A DNA stretch of 64,000 bases, taken from positions 13,057 through 77,056 of the IMG/VR virus record IMGVR_UViG_3300050343_000268; one strand, written 5' to 3'. Numbering within the stretch: position 1 is the stretch's first letter; every line of letters starts with the position of its first letter. Under the pieces are notes generated by a model, which was not told the origin of the DNA, made no database searches, and saw only the letters and a list, made by a program, of their open reading frames with translations. This document shows positions 21,201-32,080 of this stretch, piece after piece. The translations under genes were made by a program, and so were the position numbers. This DNA is from a virus.

Positions 21201-24200
21201 GATGCTGATTTACTAGATGGCCAGCATGGATCGTACTACACGGGCTACACAGACACAGCTATTGCAAATCTCATTGCTTCTTCACCGTCGTCCCTCAACA
21301 CACTCAATGAGTTAGCAGCGGCATTGGGAGATGATGCTAATTTTTCAACAACAATTACGGACAGTATTGGTTTAAAACTACCCAAGACTGGCGGTACAAT
21401 GAGTGGCAATATTGTATTTACAGGGAGCCAAACCGTAGATGGCAGAGACTTATCTGTTGATGGTGCAAAATTAGATGGAATTGAAGCCGGTGCAACTGGA
21501 GATCAAACTGCAGCTGAAATTCTTAATTTACTTAAAACAGTAGATACTAATACTAGCGGACTAAATGCTGATACTCTTGATGGCATTCAAGCCTCTAACT
21601 TTTTGAAGTCCAATGAAAATGATAGTTTTGAAGGTGATACATTAACATTTAGTTCTAATACCATTGACCCCGTCATTTTAATACGAGGGACTGGTCCTAA
21701 CTTTATAACATTCACATCGGGTGGGACATCAACGGTAGATTCTGATTCTATCAATCTTATCTACAGATCAACTCCCAACACGTTAGGCTTTGAAAGAGCG
21801 TCAGACGACACTACTCTTTTCAGTGTAGACGCGGATAATGCACGGGCAACATTTAGCGAAAATATTGTTGTAGCAGGGACAGTAGAAGTTGGAGATATCC
21901 CTAATGATAAGTATGGCTCATTCCAGTATGCAACATCCGATGGATATGGTTTTAATTGGGAATTTAATCAATCGGTCGTAATCGTAAACGAACAAGGTAC
22001 AACCCATCAAGCACTTGTATTAGGGGATGTGAGTGCTAATAGTGGTAAGTCTGGATTATTTGGTATTTCTCACACAACAGACTCAGGCAGTACATGGACT
22101 AAAAAACTAGATTTGCAAGGTGATGGTGAACTTTTTATTGGAACTACAGGTACTAGTAAGGTCTGGCACGCAGGCAATGACGGTGATACTAGTGGTTTGG
22201 ACGCTGACTTACTCGATGGGCAAGAAGGTAGTTACTATCAAAATGCAACGAACCTAACATCTGGATCAATTCCTGGTGCACGAATTACTGATATTGGAGA
22301 CTCTCAAGCAAGAATTATTACTTTTGATAATCTAGAGAAAAGTAATCTTACTGCTGATGGGCAACTAGGTTTTGATTCTTCTCAAGGACTACTTGTTTAT
22401 CGAATACAACAAGGAACTTCCGGTGCTACTACAGCTGTTCTAGATGGATGGAATGTTGCCGCAGGTACTGGCATATCAATTACCAACCTTGGAGCCGGAG
22501 GTACAACCACTGAAGAATTTACATTCAGTGTAACAAGCGCACCAAAATGGACTACAGCAAGAACTGTATCTTTAACTGGAAATGTAAGTGGATCAGCTTC
22601 AATTGACGGAAGTGCAAATGCTTCAATTAGTACGACTGTTAATACTTTGGGTGATATTAACAACGAAACTCATACTTCTGATGGTCAGTACGATATAACA
22701 CTATTTGGTGCTAAGGATGGTGCTGCTCAAAGTGGTGCCTTTAGTAGTAAACTAGTCCTCAAAGGTGGTAGTAGTCAGACAAGAAGTCTTGAACTGTTCC
22801 AAGACCGTGATGGTTATGCAACTATTAATACTTCTTATGCTTCTAACTACTTAGATTTTACTGGTTTTAATAGACTTAGATTAAATCAACAACTTGATTT
22901 AAATGGTAATAATATTATAGAAGTAGAAGATATTGGTCTAAGACATAGAATATTCCATGATGGTGATACTAATTGTTATATTGAATTCCATGCTAATGAT
23001 CAATGGAGAGTCGTAACTGGTAATAATGAAAGATTAGAAGTTAATAATACTCAAACAACCATTAATCAAAATGCAACTATAGTAGGATCAACTACTATCA
23101 CAAAAGATGGAGATGCACTCAATTTAAGGTCAACAACTAATGGTGAACCTGTTCGTGTAACATTTAGTTCTGATGTTCCTGATGATCAGATTGGTCATAT
23201 TGAATACAATCACCTAGATGCTGAATCATACGGCAGCTCTGAGGCATTTATTTTAGGTGGAACAGAAGTCACTAGGACTATTCTTGCTGATGGCAAGTTG
23301 ATGTACAAAGAGGGTATATATTCTAAACCTGGATCGGGAACTGGTGCGGGTACAAGAAAAGATGCTAATTGGGATACTGCTCATGGGTGGGGTGATCACA
23401 GTGCTGCTGGTTATGCTCAGCTGAGCGGAGCAACTTTTACAGGTGATCTGAGGGTAGACAATGACGCAGACTTAAGGATCGGAGATGGATCCGCAAACGA
23501 AAGAATCCTAATCCAAAAAGCGGATAATGGCGTTTCTGATCATATTATCTTTTACAACGGCACTACCCGCATGGGTGAGATTGGATGTCATGACACTACT
23601 TGGTTGAGACTCAACCAAACGACCAACAAAAACATCTACACCCCTCGCTACATCCGTGCAGATGGAGGTTTCTTTGTTGACGGTACGTCCAAAGGCATTA
23701 ATGGCTCTGGTAACTTCACCGGAGGAACAATTGCAGGAGCTTCTGACTACTCAACTCTCTTGAGGTCTAATACTGACGACACCATGACTGGTGCGTTAAC
23801 CATCACCGTTAATGACAAGGAAACTGGTGCATTACGTATTCTTGCTAACCAAACGAATCCTGCGCTGAATTATTACTTCGCCCAAGAGATTGAATCAACT
23901 CTATCTGGTTCAAACACATTTACCGGAGACCACCACCAGGGTGGACTTTGGATTGATGTGGACTCTACTGCTACTGGCGGAGGTACCTCCCATGAACACC
24001 GCGCATACGGAATATTCGTTGACCTTGATGTCACAGGTGATGCTGATAATGCTTACGCAATATATGCTGACTCTACTGTCACCCCTACTACGGGAACAGT
24101 TACAAATGTAACTGGAGTTTATGGTCGTGCAGAAGACAACGGAGGTGCTGGTGCTGTAACTAATGTTATTGGTGTAAAAGGTGAAGCTGTCTCAGATAAT

Positions 24201-26221
24201 TCTAATTCAGACATTAATAATATGTACGGAGGTTACTTTAAATCTACCAATATTGCTGATACTGGAACCATTAATGCTGCTCATGGATGTTACGCAGAAA
24301 TAGAAATACCAAATAATACTGGCGATCATTACGGAACTATGTATGTATTCCGAGCAGAATTTGATGATAATGATGACGTTGCACAGACTGGTACATCGTA
24401 CTTATATTATGGTAACTATGCCGGAACTAACCCGACAGATGCTTGGGGTGTTCATATAGCTGACGATGTTCCAAATTATTTTGGTGGTAGCATCGGCATC
24501 GGTACATCAGCTCCAGCCGCAAAATTAGACGTAAATGGAAACATCCATGGTACAAAACTTGCTGTTGGAACAGCATCTAATCCTGGAACTAACTTAGATA
24601 TTTGTTTAGGTGCTGATAACGATACTGGATTCTCATGCCCTTCTGACGGTAATTTGAAGTTTTGGTGTAACAATTCTGAAGTTGCTTCATGGACAGCTAG
24701 TACTCTGGCTTTTGCCAAGGACACAACATTTAATGGTCGTGTCAATATTCGTGGGCACTTAGACTTTGCTGATGAGGAATATGCTTACTTTGGTGGCAGT
24801 GACGATACAAGCATCAGACATAACAGCAACGGTTGGACATACGTTGACTTCAAACAAAATGGCATTGCCTTCCGAGACAACGGTGTAGACACAACTATAT
24901 TAGAAGACTCAGGGATTTTTAGACCACAAGTTAGTGGCACAGGGTCTATTGGTACTGATACAAAATACTGGGGCGCTTCTTACTTTACTTCAGGAACATT
25001 CTCAACTAGTGGCAACCAATTATTGCTCCACAATCCAGATGATGAAACTGTTATTCATAGAAATGATGGAGGTATTTACTATATATTGTTGTCTGCTGCA
25101 GGAGCAGATCCATCAGGATCATGGTCCACCATGAGACCTTTTTTCATTAACCTCCAGACTGGTATGTTAGGTTCAGAGAACAGTCAGAAGTTTAGCGGCG
25201 GCACAACAATTGAAAATTCTCCTTTACTTGTTGAAAGTGACACTGGCAACTCTATTACATTAAGCACAAAAGTTGGCAATGGTAATGATTCAACATTTAT
25301 AATCCAAAAATCCAGAGGTGGATCTGGTGGCCCATCTCAAATCACAGCTGGTGATTCTCTGGGTCAAATCTTATGGAAAGGATATGATGCAGATTCGTAC
25401 AATGATGCAGCATCTATCACGTGCGTTTCTACTGCTAATACTGGTGATTTTAATGCAAACCTTATATCAGTGTAGGAGGCAATGCATCTACATTCTCATC
25501 TTCAGGACTTGCAGTTACCGGAACCATTAATAGTACGGGAGAGATTAAATCATCATCAAATAATATTCAAGTCGGTGAAGGAAGTGGCAGTCTTGCAATG
25601 ACCATTAATGATGGTCAAGGTAATTGTAATCTTACTTTTAATCATGCCTTTGGTGAACCTGATCAGAGTGGTAGTTCTGCTCGTATTGAAAGCCCTGTTG
25701 ATGGTACAAATGCCAGACTAATATTTGAACTAAAGGATAGTGTTACTGGAGGTACAAGCACAAATTTGACCAATATAATGACAATGGACCTTGGTGCGGT
25801 AACTGTCACAGGATCCATTAGTGCCACCGCAGATATCACTGCATATTCATCTGACAGACGATTGAAGGAAAACTTCAGAAGTATTGAAGAACCGATTGAT
25901 AAAATTAAAAAACTAAATGGTTATATATTTGATTGGAACGACAAATCTGAAGAAGTAGGTTTTAATCCTAGACGTAAAAAAGATGAAGTTGGCTTGATCG
26001 CTCAAGAGGTTCAAGATGTAATACCACAGGCGGTAGCACCCGCACCCTTTGATTCCGAACTTAACCATGAAGGAACGGAATTCATTTCACTCTCTGGTGA
26101 AAACTATCTTACTGTTCAATATGAAAAGTTAGTGCCACTTTTAATTGAATCAATTAAAGAACAACAAACACAAATTGATGAACTAAGACAAGAAATTAAA
26201 AACCTTAAAGGTGATAAATAA
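18253..26221 (+). CDS. Giant tail fibre with C-terminal peptidase S74 intramolecular chaperone (two 1-nt indels, near 21095 and 25467)
   Basis: Repeated VWHAGNDG..LDADLLDG and LNTLNELA.ALGDDANF; SDRRLKENF..GLIAQEV..YEKLVPLLIESIKE; the three ORFs rejoin with single-base corrections. Confidence 0.8.
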
Positions 26222-27042
26222 TGGCATTACAATCATCTGGGTCAATCTCACTATCAGAGATTGCTGCTGAGTTTGGCGGCTCTACGCCTCATAGCTTAAG
26301 CGAGTACTACGCTGCCGCTTCTGGTGTGCCATCCAGCGGCGCTCTAGATTTTTCTGATTTTTATGGAACAAGTTCCAGTTCTGGCCCCCCATCAAGTGGG
26401 CTAATCATGCACATGGAACCTAGTGCTTACAGTTCTGGTAGCACTTGGAACGACTCCGAAGGAACAAATAATCAAATGACTAAAGTTGGTTCACCTTCTT
26501 ATACCAGCAGTTCGCCTGAATATTTTACAACCAGTAATAGCAACCATTGGCAAGTCACGACTAGACCTACTGGAAGTTACTCTTCTGCCACATTTATTGC
26601 ATGGGTCTATAGGGGTGCATCCAAAACTCAAGGTATATTTGATATAAGGTATGGGAACGGCACATCGTTTGGAATGGAGGTAGGTTACGACGGCGAAGAG
26701 TTTGGATACTTTTGGAACAATAATAATTCTGGTACTTATACTTATCTGACAAATTTAGATACTCCACTCAATGCTTGGTGCATGGTAGGTGTTGGAGTTG
26801 ACTCAAGTTCAGCTAAGTTTTTCATGAGAACATCCTCAGCTGAATCTATTGACACTCGAACTTACACTCACTCATCGCAGACAATTGGATCAACTTCAAC
26901 TATATATTATGGAGCAGATCCAGAAAGCTCATTTAGAGGTTGGGAAGGCCGCTTAGGTCACTTTTATATGTATAACAGGAAACTTTCTACATCAGAGTTC
27001 CAAACCATATACAATTTAAATAAGTCAGATTATGGGCATTGA
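26221..27042 (+). CDS. Tail-associated protein with LamG/ConA-like domain
   Basis: N-terminal MALQSSGSISLSEIAAEFGG..SLSEYY; LamG-like WEGRLGHFYMYNRKLS. Confidence 0.75.
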   Translation: MALQSSGSISLSEIAAEFGGSTPHSLSEYYAAASGVPSSGALDFSDFYGTSSSSGPPSSGLIMHMEPSAYSSGSTWNDSEGTNNQMTKVGSPSYTSSSPEYFTTSNSNHWQVTTRPTGSYSSATFIAWVYRGASKTQGIFDIRYGNGTSFGMEVGYDGEEFGYFWNNNNSGTYTYLTNLDTPLNAWCMVGVGVDSSSAKFFMRTSSAESIDTRTYTHSSQTIGSTSTIYYGADPESSFRGWEGRLGHFYMYNRKLSTSEFQTIYNLNKSDYGH

Positions 27043-27443
27043 AAATGAATTTTGATATTAATTGGAGAGTTACAAATCTGACGCGAGACCTATCAGATGG
27101 CTACGTCAAAAAAGTAAATTACGTCGCTGAAATTGTTTATAAAGATGCTGTCGAAGTTACACATTCTTATACCCGATCTAGCGAATTAAATCTTGACCGT
27201 CCTGAGACACTTATTGCATATAGTGACTTGACAAACGAATTAGTTGTTGGTTGGATCAAAGAACAGTTAGGCAATGAAAATTGTAAATTCATTGAAGAAT
27301 CGCTGACTAAAGAAATTAATGAGCAAATGTCGCCAACTCTAGGATATGGATTCCCTTGGCCTCGCGAAACAGTCGATGACTCCGCTGAAGATGATACTGA
27401 GGATGCAGGTGTAGATGAGAGTGAAGAAAACCCTAACGAATAG
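27039..27443 (+). CDS. Tail-fibre-associated hypothetical protein
   Basis: LIAYSDLTNELVVGWIKEQLG and G.PW motifs common in proteins beside marine phage fibres. Confidence 0.55.
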   Translation: MKMNFDINWRVTNLTRDLSDGYVKKVNYVAEIVYKDAVEVTHSYTRSSELNLDRPETLIAYSDLTNELVVGWIKEQLGNENCKFIEESLTKEINEQMSPTLGYGFPWPRETVDDSAEDDTEDAGVDESEENPNE

Positions 27444-27497
27444 CTGCCACTTTACTACTATTAAGTGACTATACTAATAGAGAGTTAATTTATAATC

Positions 27498-27686
27498 ATG
27501 GCTTGTAAAAAATCTGAATTTGTTACTGCTGTCAACAGCTATGCCGCTGCTCGTACAACAGGTGATGTTAATTTACAACGGCTTTCGGGAGCATTGCTAG
27601 AGCAGCTCCTCAATACCCTTGAATTTGCAGAAGAAGTAGTCGAAGGTGAAACAGAAGTGAGTGAATCGGAAGTTGTTCCTGACTAA
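27498..27686 (+). CDS. Hypothetical protein
   Basis: 62 aa with TATACT box at 27470. Confidence 0.55.
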   Translation: MACKKSEFVTAVNSYAAARTTGDVNLQRLSGALLEQLLNTLEFAEEVVEGETEVSESEVVPD

Positions 27687-28143
27687 CTAGTTGCTAATTT
27701 AACTTCAGCATCTCGCCTTTTAACAAGGCCCAACAATGGGCCGGTATTCCCATTAACCCATTTTGGGAATTCTTCCTGAAAACACAATGCTTTCTTCTCG
27801 CCGTTATTGATACGACGAGTAAAAGTACTGTTTTCTAGTGCATTACTGCCAACGTTAAATGCAAAACTTACAATTGCATCAAATTCATGTTGAGTTAGAA
27901 CAGGTAAAATGATCTTGACGACCTGCTCTTCAAACCACATGAGGTCCTTGCGTAATAACTCTTCTGCATCATCTTCAGTAATTACCTGACCATCAAATAC
28001 CTGCTGAGTGTGGCCATATCCAATCGTGAGTACTGAACTGGCGCAATAGTACGCTTTAAGCTCTAAGCCCTCAAAAGACTTGATAAGGTCAACACCAGCT
28101 TGTGATGTGCGGGTAGGCTCAACCGAATGAGCTCCCGCCTTTA
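27683..28143 (-). CDS. GH24 phage lysozyme domain lacking its own start codon (-1 frame of the upstream peptidase)
   Basis: TSQAGVDLIKSFEGLELKAYYCASSVLTIGYGHT..FDAIVSFAFNVG..GLVKRRDAE; first in-frame ATG (27940) is downstream of the catalytic motif. Confidence 0.9.
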
Positions 28144-28150
28144 CTTTTTT
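28109..28150 (-). promoter_or_regulatory. Candidate -1 programmed frameshift signal
   Basis: A_AAA_AAG (28150-28144) before TAA, 5-nt spacer, hairpin GCGGG-A-GCTCA-TTCGGT-TGAGC-CTA-CCCGC. Confidence 0.7.
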
Positions 28151-28851
28151 AGATTTGGATCACTAACATCCATATACCATCCACTACCTTCACCTTCAAC
28201 AATCCAACGTGGGTTAAAGTTTTTGTAGCTGTATTTTATCCCTGCACCATCAAGGTTATTTGTATAGCCACCACTGCGAAGTGATGCTTCTCCATTTGGA
28301 TCATTGACCACCCACACTTCGTTGTCGTCGTCATAGCCAATAATTACTGAGTAATGACCAGACCCTGAAGGTGAGCTAACAGGCCCCTCAAATAACCAAC
28401 CTACTGCTACTGGTTTTCCAGCATCAATAGCGTCTTTCAAGGCTCGTGTCGTACCGTCAAACTTAAACTCTGCATCAAGATTAAGAGACTTCAGAGTGTT
28501 AACTTGTGATTGCGCATTCGTTGTATCTCCATATTGCTTACGGATCGCGTTGTAATCGTCATCATTATCTATCTTTCCGTAGTACATTGCAACCATTGCC
28601 ATGCTACTTGAAAAGCATTCTCTAAATCCCGATCCCGATGAATTATCATTTTGACTTTGAAATGGCACACTTAATATGGTGCTGCTTGTAACCCCAGGCT
28701 TGTCACGGTAGGTCTTAACCCAAGCGTGTTGATCATCTTTAAGCACATCTCGCATCTGCTCGTACAAAACTTGCACACCAGCCTTTTGCTGAGGTTCTGA
28801 TTTGTAATACTTGAAAAAGTTTTCAAACTCTTTGAATGATAGATTAGCCAT
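28141..28851 (-). CDS. C39-like cysteine peptidase (lysin)
   Basis: LSVPFQSQ, ECFSSSMAM (Cys), GHYSVIIGYD (His), VNDP (Asp). Confidence 0.85.
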   Translation of the reverse strand: MANLSFKEFENFFKYYKSEPQQKAGVQVLYEQMRDVLKDDQHAWVKTYRDKPGVTSSTILSVPFQSQNDNSSGSGFRECFSSSMAMVAMYYGKIDNDDDYNAIRKQYGDTTNAQSQVNTLKSLNLDAEFKFDGTTRALKDAIDAGKPVAVGWLFEGPVSSPSGSGHYSVIIGYDDDNEVWVVNDPNGEASLRSGGYTNNLDGAGIKYSYKNFNPRWIVEGEGSGWYMDVSDPNLKK

Positions 28852-28909
28852 TTTATATTTCTATTCTTAAGCATTCTAACTACTACAATATAATAAATGA
28901 GTCTTTATT

Positions 28910-29185
28910 ATGACACCTGAAGAACGCACTGACTTCTGGAAAGCTGTAGAAAGTGGAGAAAATCCTCTATTGTCTGTACTTCACAACTTAGTTGAAAAAT
29001 GGGGATTGCCTGCAATTATTATGTGTTTAGGTGATATTTCTAATGTCTTATCTGAAGATGCTGAAACAGCACCACTAAGCCCAAATCAGCGTGGATTAAT
29101 CTTAGGTGCTTGTGCTCAAGTGTGCGCTCTAAGTGATCAAATGCATGCTGAGATGGATTTCCTTACTCTTACAGACAATGGATAA
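28910..29185 (+). CDS. Hypothetical protein
   Basis: 91 aa ORF with TACAAT box. Confidence 0.55.
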   Translation: MTPEERTDFWKAVESGENPLLSVLHNLVEKWGLPAIIMCLGDISNVLSEDAETAPLSPNQRGLILGACAQVCALSDQMHAEMDFLTLTDNG

Positions 29186-29306
29186 ACACGAGAAAGACAA
29201 CTGGGCTAAAGTAAAAGATGCTCTGGAAAAAGCCAATAAAACTGATTGTTATTTTTACAAACGTGCAGTAGCAATTATTGCAGGCAAACCGGACCCATTA
29301 CAATAA
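29178..29306 (+). CDS. Small hypothetical protein (42 aa)
   Basis: MDKHEKDNWAKVKDALEKANKTDCYFYKRAVAII..., read manually. Confidence 0.5.
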   Translation: MDKHEKDNWAKVKDALEKANKTDCYFYKRAVAIIAGKPDPLQ

Positions 29307-29329
29307 ATGTATAGTTTATAAATAATATT

Positions 29330-29629
29330 ATGGCTGCACGACTTCCGGTTCGGCCTAAAGCTAAAGCTCCTGCCAAGAGTAAAAAGAAGGGTGCTATGAA
29401 AGGCATGACTGTCAAAGGAGGACATAAACTTTCAGTTAAAGCTGGCGCAGGCCTTACCGAGAAGGGCCGTAAGGCAATTAACAAGAAGACTGGTTCTAAC
29501 CTTAAAGCTCCCGCACCTAATGGTAAACCTGGAACAAAAGAAGGTGCACGTAAGAAATCATTCTGTGCTCGTTCTAAAGGATGGAAAGGTGAAAGAGGTA
29601 AAGCTGCACGAGCGAGGTGGAAATGCTAA
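29330..29629 (+). CDS. Lys-rich basic protein
   Basis: GAGLTEKGRK..GSNLKAP..RKKSFCARS..WKC. Confidence 0.65.
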   Translation: MAARLPVRPKAKAPAKSKKKGAMKGMTVKGGHKLSVKAGAGLTEKGRKAINKKTGSNLKAPAPNGKPGTKEGARKKSFCARSKGWKGERGKAARARWKC

Positions 29630-29832
29630 TTCGTATGGCAGGTCAAGCATTAAAACCAATGGTAAATACAGGTGAAGGTTGTGCATCTAAGCCTGAAACT
29701 TATCCAGCAAAACCCCGTGGTGGAACAAGCCATGGCCCACAACTACTAGGTCAAAAGTATGTCTAAACCAGCAAAGAAACCCGTAAAACCTAAAGGCAAT
29801 TGCGGCTGTAAGCACAGTAAAGGTAAAAAGTA

Positions 29833-30246
29833 ATGGCTGACGGAACTGCTAAAAAGAAAGATCCAGCAAAGTGGGCAGCTGCTAAATCAAGAGCTAAAGC
29901 CAAGATGGGTGGCAAGCACAGTGCTCGTGCGATGCAACTGGCAACTAAATACTACAAAGATAGTGGTGGTAGTTATGCAGGTAAAAAACCTACTTCTAAA
30001 ACTAATAAGCTCAAAAAATGGGGCAAAGAGAAGTGGCAAACCAAAGACGGTGCTGGTGACAAAGCCAAGCAGTCTGATGGTTCGACTAAACGATATCTTC
30101 CTAAGAAGGCTTGGAGCAAATTAACGCCGAAACAGAAAGCCGCAACAGATGCTAAAAAACGAGCAGCATCTAAGAGTGGGCAGAAAGTGACACCAAACAC
30201 GAAAGCTGCAAAAACTGCAGGCAAATCAGCTAGAAATTCTAAGTAG
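29833..30246 (+). CDS. Lys/Ala-rich basic protein
   Basis: HSARAMQLA..LKKWGKEKW..RYLPKKAW. Confidence 0.65.
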   Translation: MADGTAKKKDPAKWAAAKSRAKAKMGGKHSARAMQLATKYYKDSGGSYAGKKPTSKTNKLKKWGKEKWQTKDGAGDKAKQSDGSTKRYLPKKAWSKLTPKQKAATDAKKRAASKSGQKVTPNTKAAKTAGKSARNSK

Positions 30247-30284
30247 AAGCTTAGTTAAAATAATAGTAATGTAACTGCTTATGA

Positions 30285-31372
30285 TTGATGATTAATAATG
30301 CAAATAAAGCCTTAGGTTATGCGGAAGTTTATTACAACTATAGAACTGAGAAGTTTTTTACAGATGCTGTAGGTAACCAATTTCTAGAACTAGATATTAC
30401 TTTTGAAGGTGGCGGTGACAGTTCCGGTGTTAGTAGCATCATCGCAGGTAATGGAATTTCTGTAGATCAGTCATCAGGAGATGTCACAATTACTGCTGAT
30501 ACAGAGTCAAGTACTCTTGATGACGTTACCGGAAGAGGCTCAACTACAACCAATGATATTAGCATTGGAAGGCTGACAGCATCTAAAATAGGACTACCTT
30601 CTCTCAGTGCACTTCCAACTACTAATTTAAACTTTGGTGATCTTTGCGCTTTAACTAGCGACAACCGTCCATATTTCTACGATGGGACCGATTGGCGTAA
30701 GCTTTATTTAGTTGACGTACCTCCTGCAGCAGGAGATCCCGATACTGACTGGGATCAGGTCATTTTGCGACTCACATTCGATACGAACCTTAGTGACGGA
30801 TCAGATAATGTATATTCAGATAGTCACGATGATGCTTCCGTGCGTATTGGAAGCCCTAAAAAGTTTGGCACCCATTCGGTAAAATTAGAGGAAAGTAACT
30901 CTATTATGCGAACATACCTAATTTTGTTGCTAGTGCATTTACTATAGAATTTTGGATATATCTTGATAATCATGTCTCCCAATCTAACCTCACTAAAATT
31001 GTAACTTTATTCGATTACGACAGTACAGCGTTTAAGTATTCGGCAACAAATGGAAGTGATACAGTAACTTTTTTGTTATATGATTCTAATGGCTCAAATA
31101 CTATACAGAGCGGTGTTACCTTTACTAAACAAACTTGGCATCACATTGCATTTACCAGGAATGCAACTACAGGTGTAATCACCTTTTACCTGAATGGGAA
31201 TTCACAGGGAACAACAAGTGGTAATGATATCTCTAGCGACAACGCAAATTGGACAAGGCTCGGAGACTATAATTGGGGTGATTATTTTATGGATGATGTT
31301 AGAATCTCTAGTTTTGAGCGCTATACATCAAACTTCACTCCTCCAACCGCTGCTTTGCCTACTAGCGATTAA
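30285..31372 (+). CDS. LamG-domain virion protein, frameshifted near 30920
   Basis: KKFGTHS, FTIEFWIY, WHHIAFTR, YFMDDVRIS..RYTSNFTPPT. Confidence 0.7.
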
Positions 31373-31470
31373 TCAGAAACCCTAACGTGGTTCTTCTTTA
31401 AGTTTCATAATTGTATTGGCTATTATTTATAACTCATATCTACTAAGATCAAGTTAGTTGATAACATAAT

Positions 31471-31914
31471 ATGTCAAATTTTTCTAGCTGGTTTTCTCGT
31501 TGTGCAGGTGACTGGAAATCTTATAGGCGATACCTAACATTACCATCGTACAAAGATGATTCATACAACACTGAGTTTACTATTAAAGTCGAAGACGACA
31601 AAGTAAATATCAGTTGGAATGGTGAAGTGAGTTCAGGTAATATGAACCTGACAATTGATGGGGATCTATTGCATCGTGATATTGGTTACTTTACTGATGA
31701 CCCTAACGACAGCAAACTGACGTTGCTTGATGAAGACACTGTCGTTTTACACAGCGCATATGACGGTATGGAATTCCGTGAAGAGATTCGCCTGCTTGAT
31801 GATGACAAGCATCGTCTTCGACAGACAGTTGGATATCGCAAAGGGAAGCCTTTTTTAGTAGGCCAGTACTGGGAGGAACGTCAAACACCTGTGGAAAAAA
31901 TTGGCTTTGAATGA
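31471..31914 (+). CDS. S/U/V-type (CpcS/CpeS/CpcV-like) phycobiliprotein lyase
   Basis: WFSRCAGDWKSYRRY, LHRDIGYF, FREEIRLL..RLRQT..LVGQYWEER. Confidence 0.75.
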   Translation: MSNFSSWFSRCAGDWKSYRRYLTLPSYKDDSYNTEFTIKVEDDKVNISWNGEVSSGNMNLTIDGDLLHRDIGYFTDDPNDSKLTLLDEDTVVLHSAYDGMEFREEIRLLDDDKHRLRQTVGYRKGKPFLVGQYWEERQTPVEKIGFE

Positions 31915-31984
31915 TAAGCACAGCTGATTGTTCAAGGCATGATTATGGGGTACAGTTAGGCAACAACGCTAATAGCGGAAGGAG

Positions 31985-32002
31985 CGAATCCCTCCCTCTC
32001 CG
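31985..32002 (+). other. Putative attP core resembling the 3' end of a tRNA-Ser
   Basis: CGAATCCCTCCCTCTCCG = T-loop half, T-stem, acceptor strand (complement of GGAGAGG) and G discriminator; 78 nt upstream of the integrase. Confidence 0.7.
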
Positions 32003-32013
32003 TTCTCTAGCTT

Positions 32014-32040
32014 AAACCTCACCCAAGGGTGGGGTTTTTT
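32014..32040 (+). terminator. Terminator following the attP core
   Basis: aaacctcaccc-aa-gggtggggttt followed by T tract. Confidence 0.75.
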
Positions 32041-32080
32041 GTTAGATATGTATTGGCGTTGCTTATAACCCGAATACACA

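Noticed and set aside
19890-21600. Tail-fibre repeats as DGR template/variable repeats or shufflon cassettes
   Set aside because: Both copies are in-frame coding and direct, differences do not look adenine-specific, and no reverse transcriptase is present
31935-32002. Complete tRNA gene upstream of the integrase
   Set aside because: No 5' acceptor strand, D arm or intact TTC; only the 3' fragment is present
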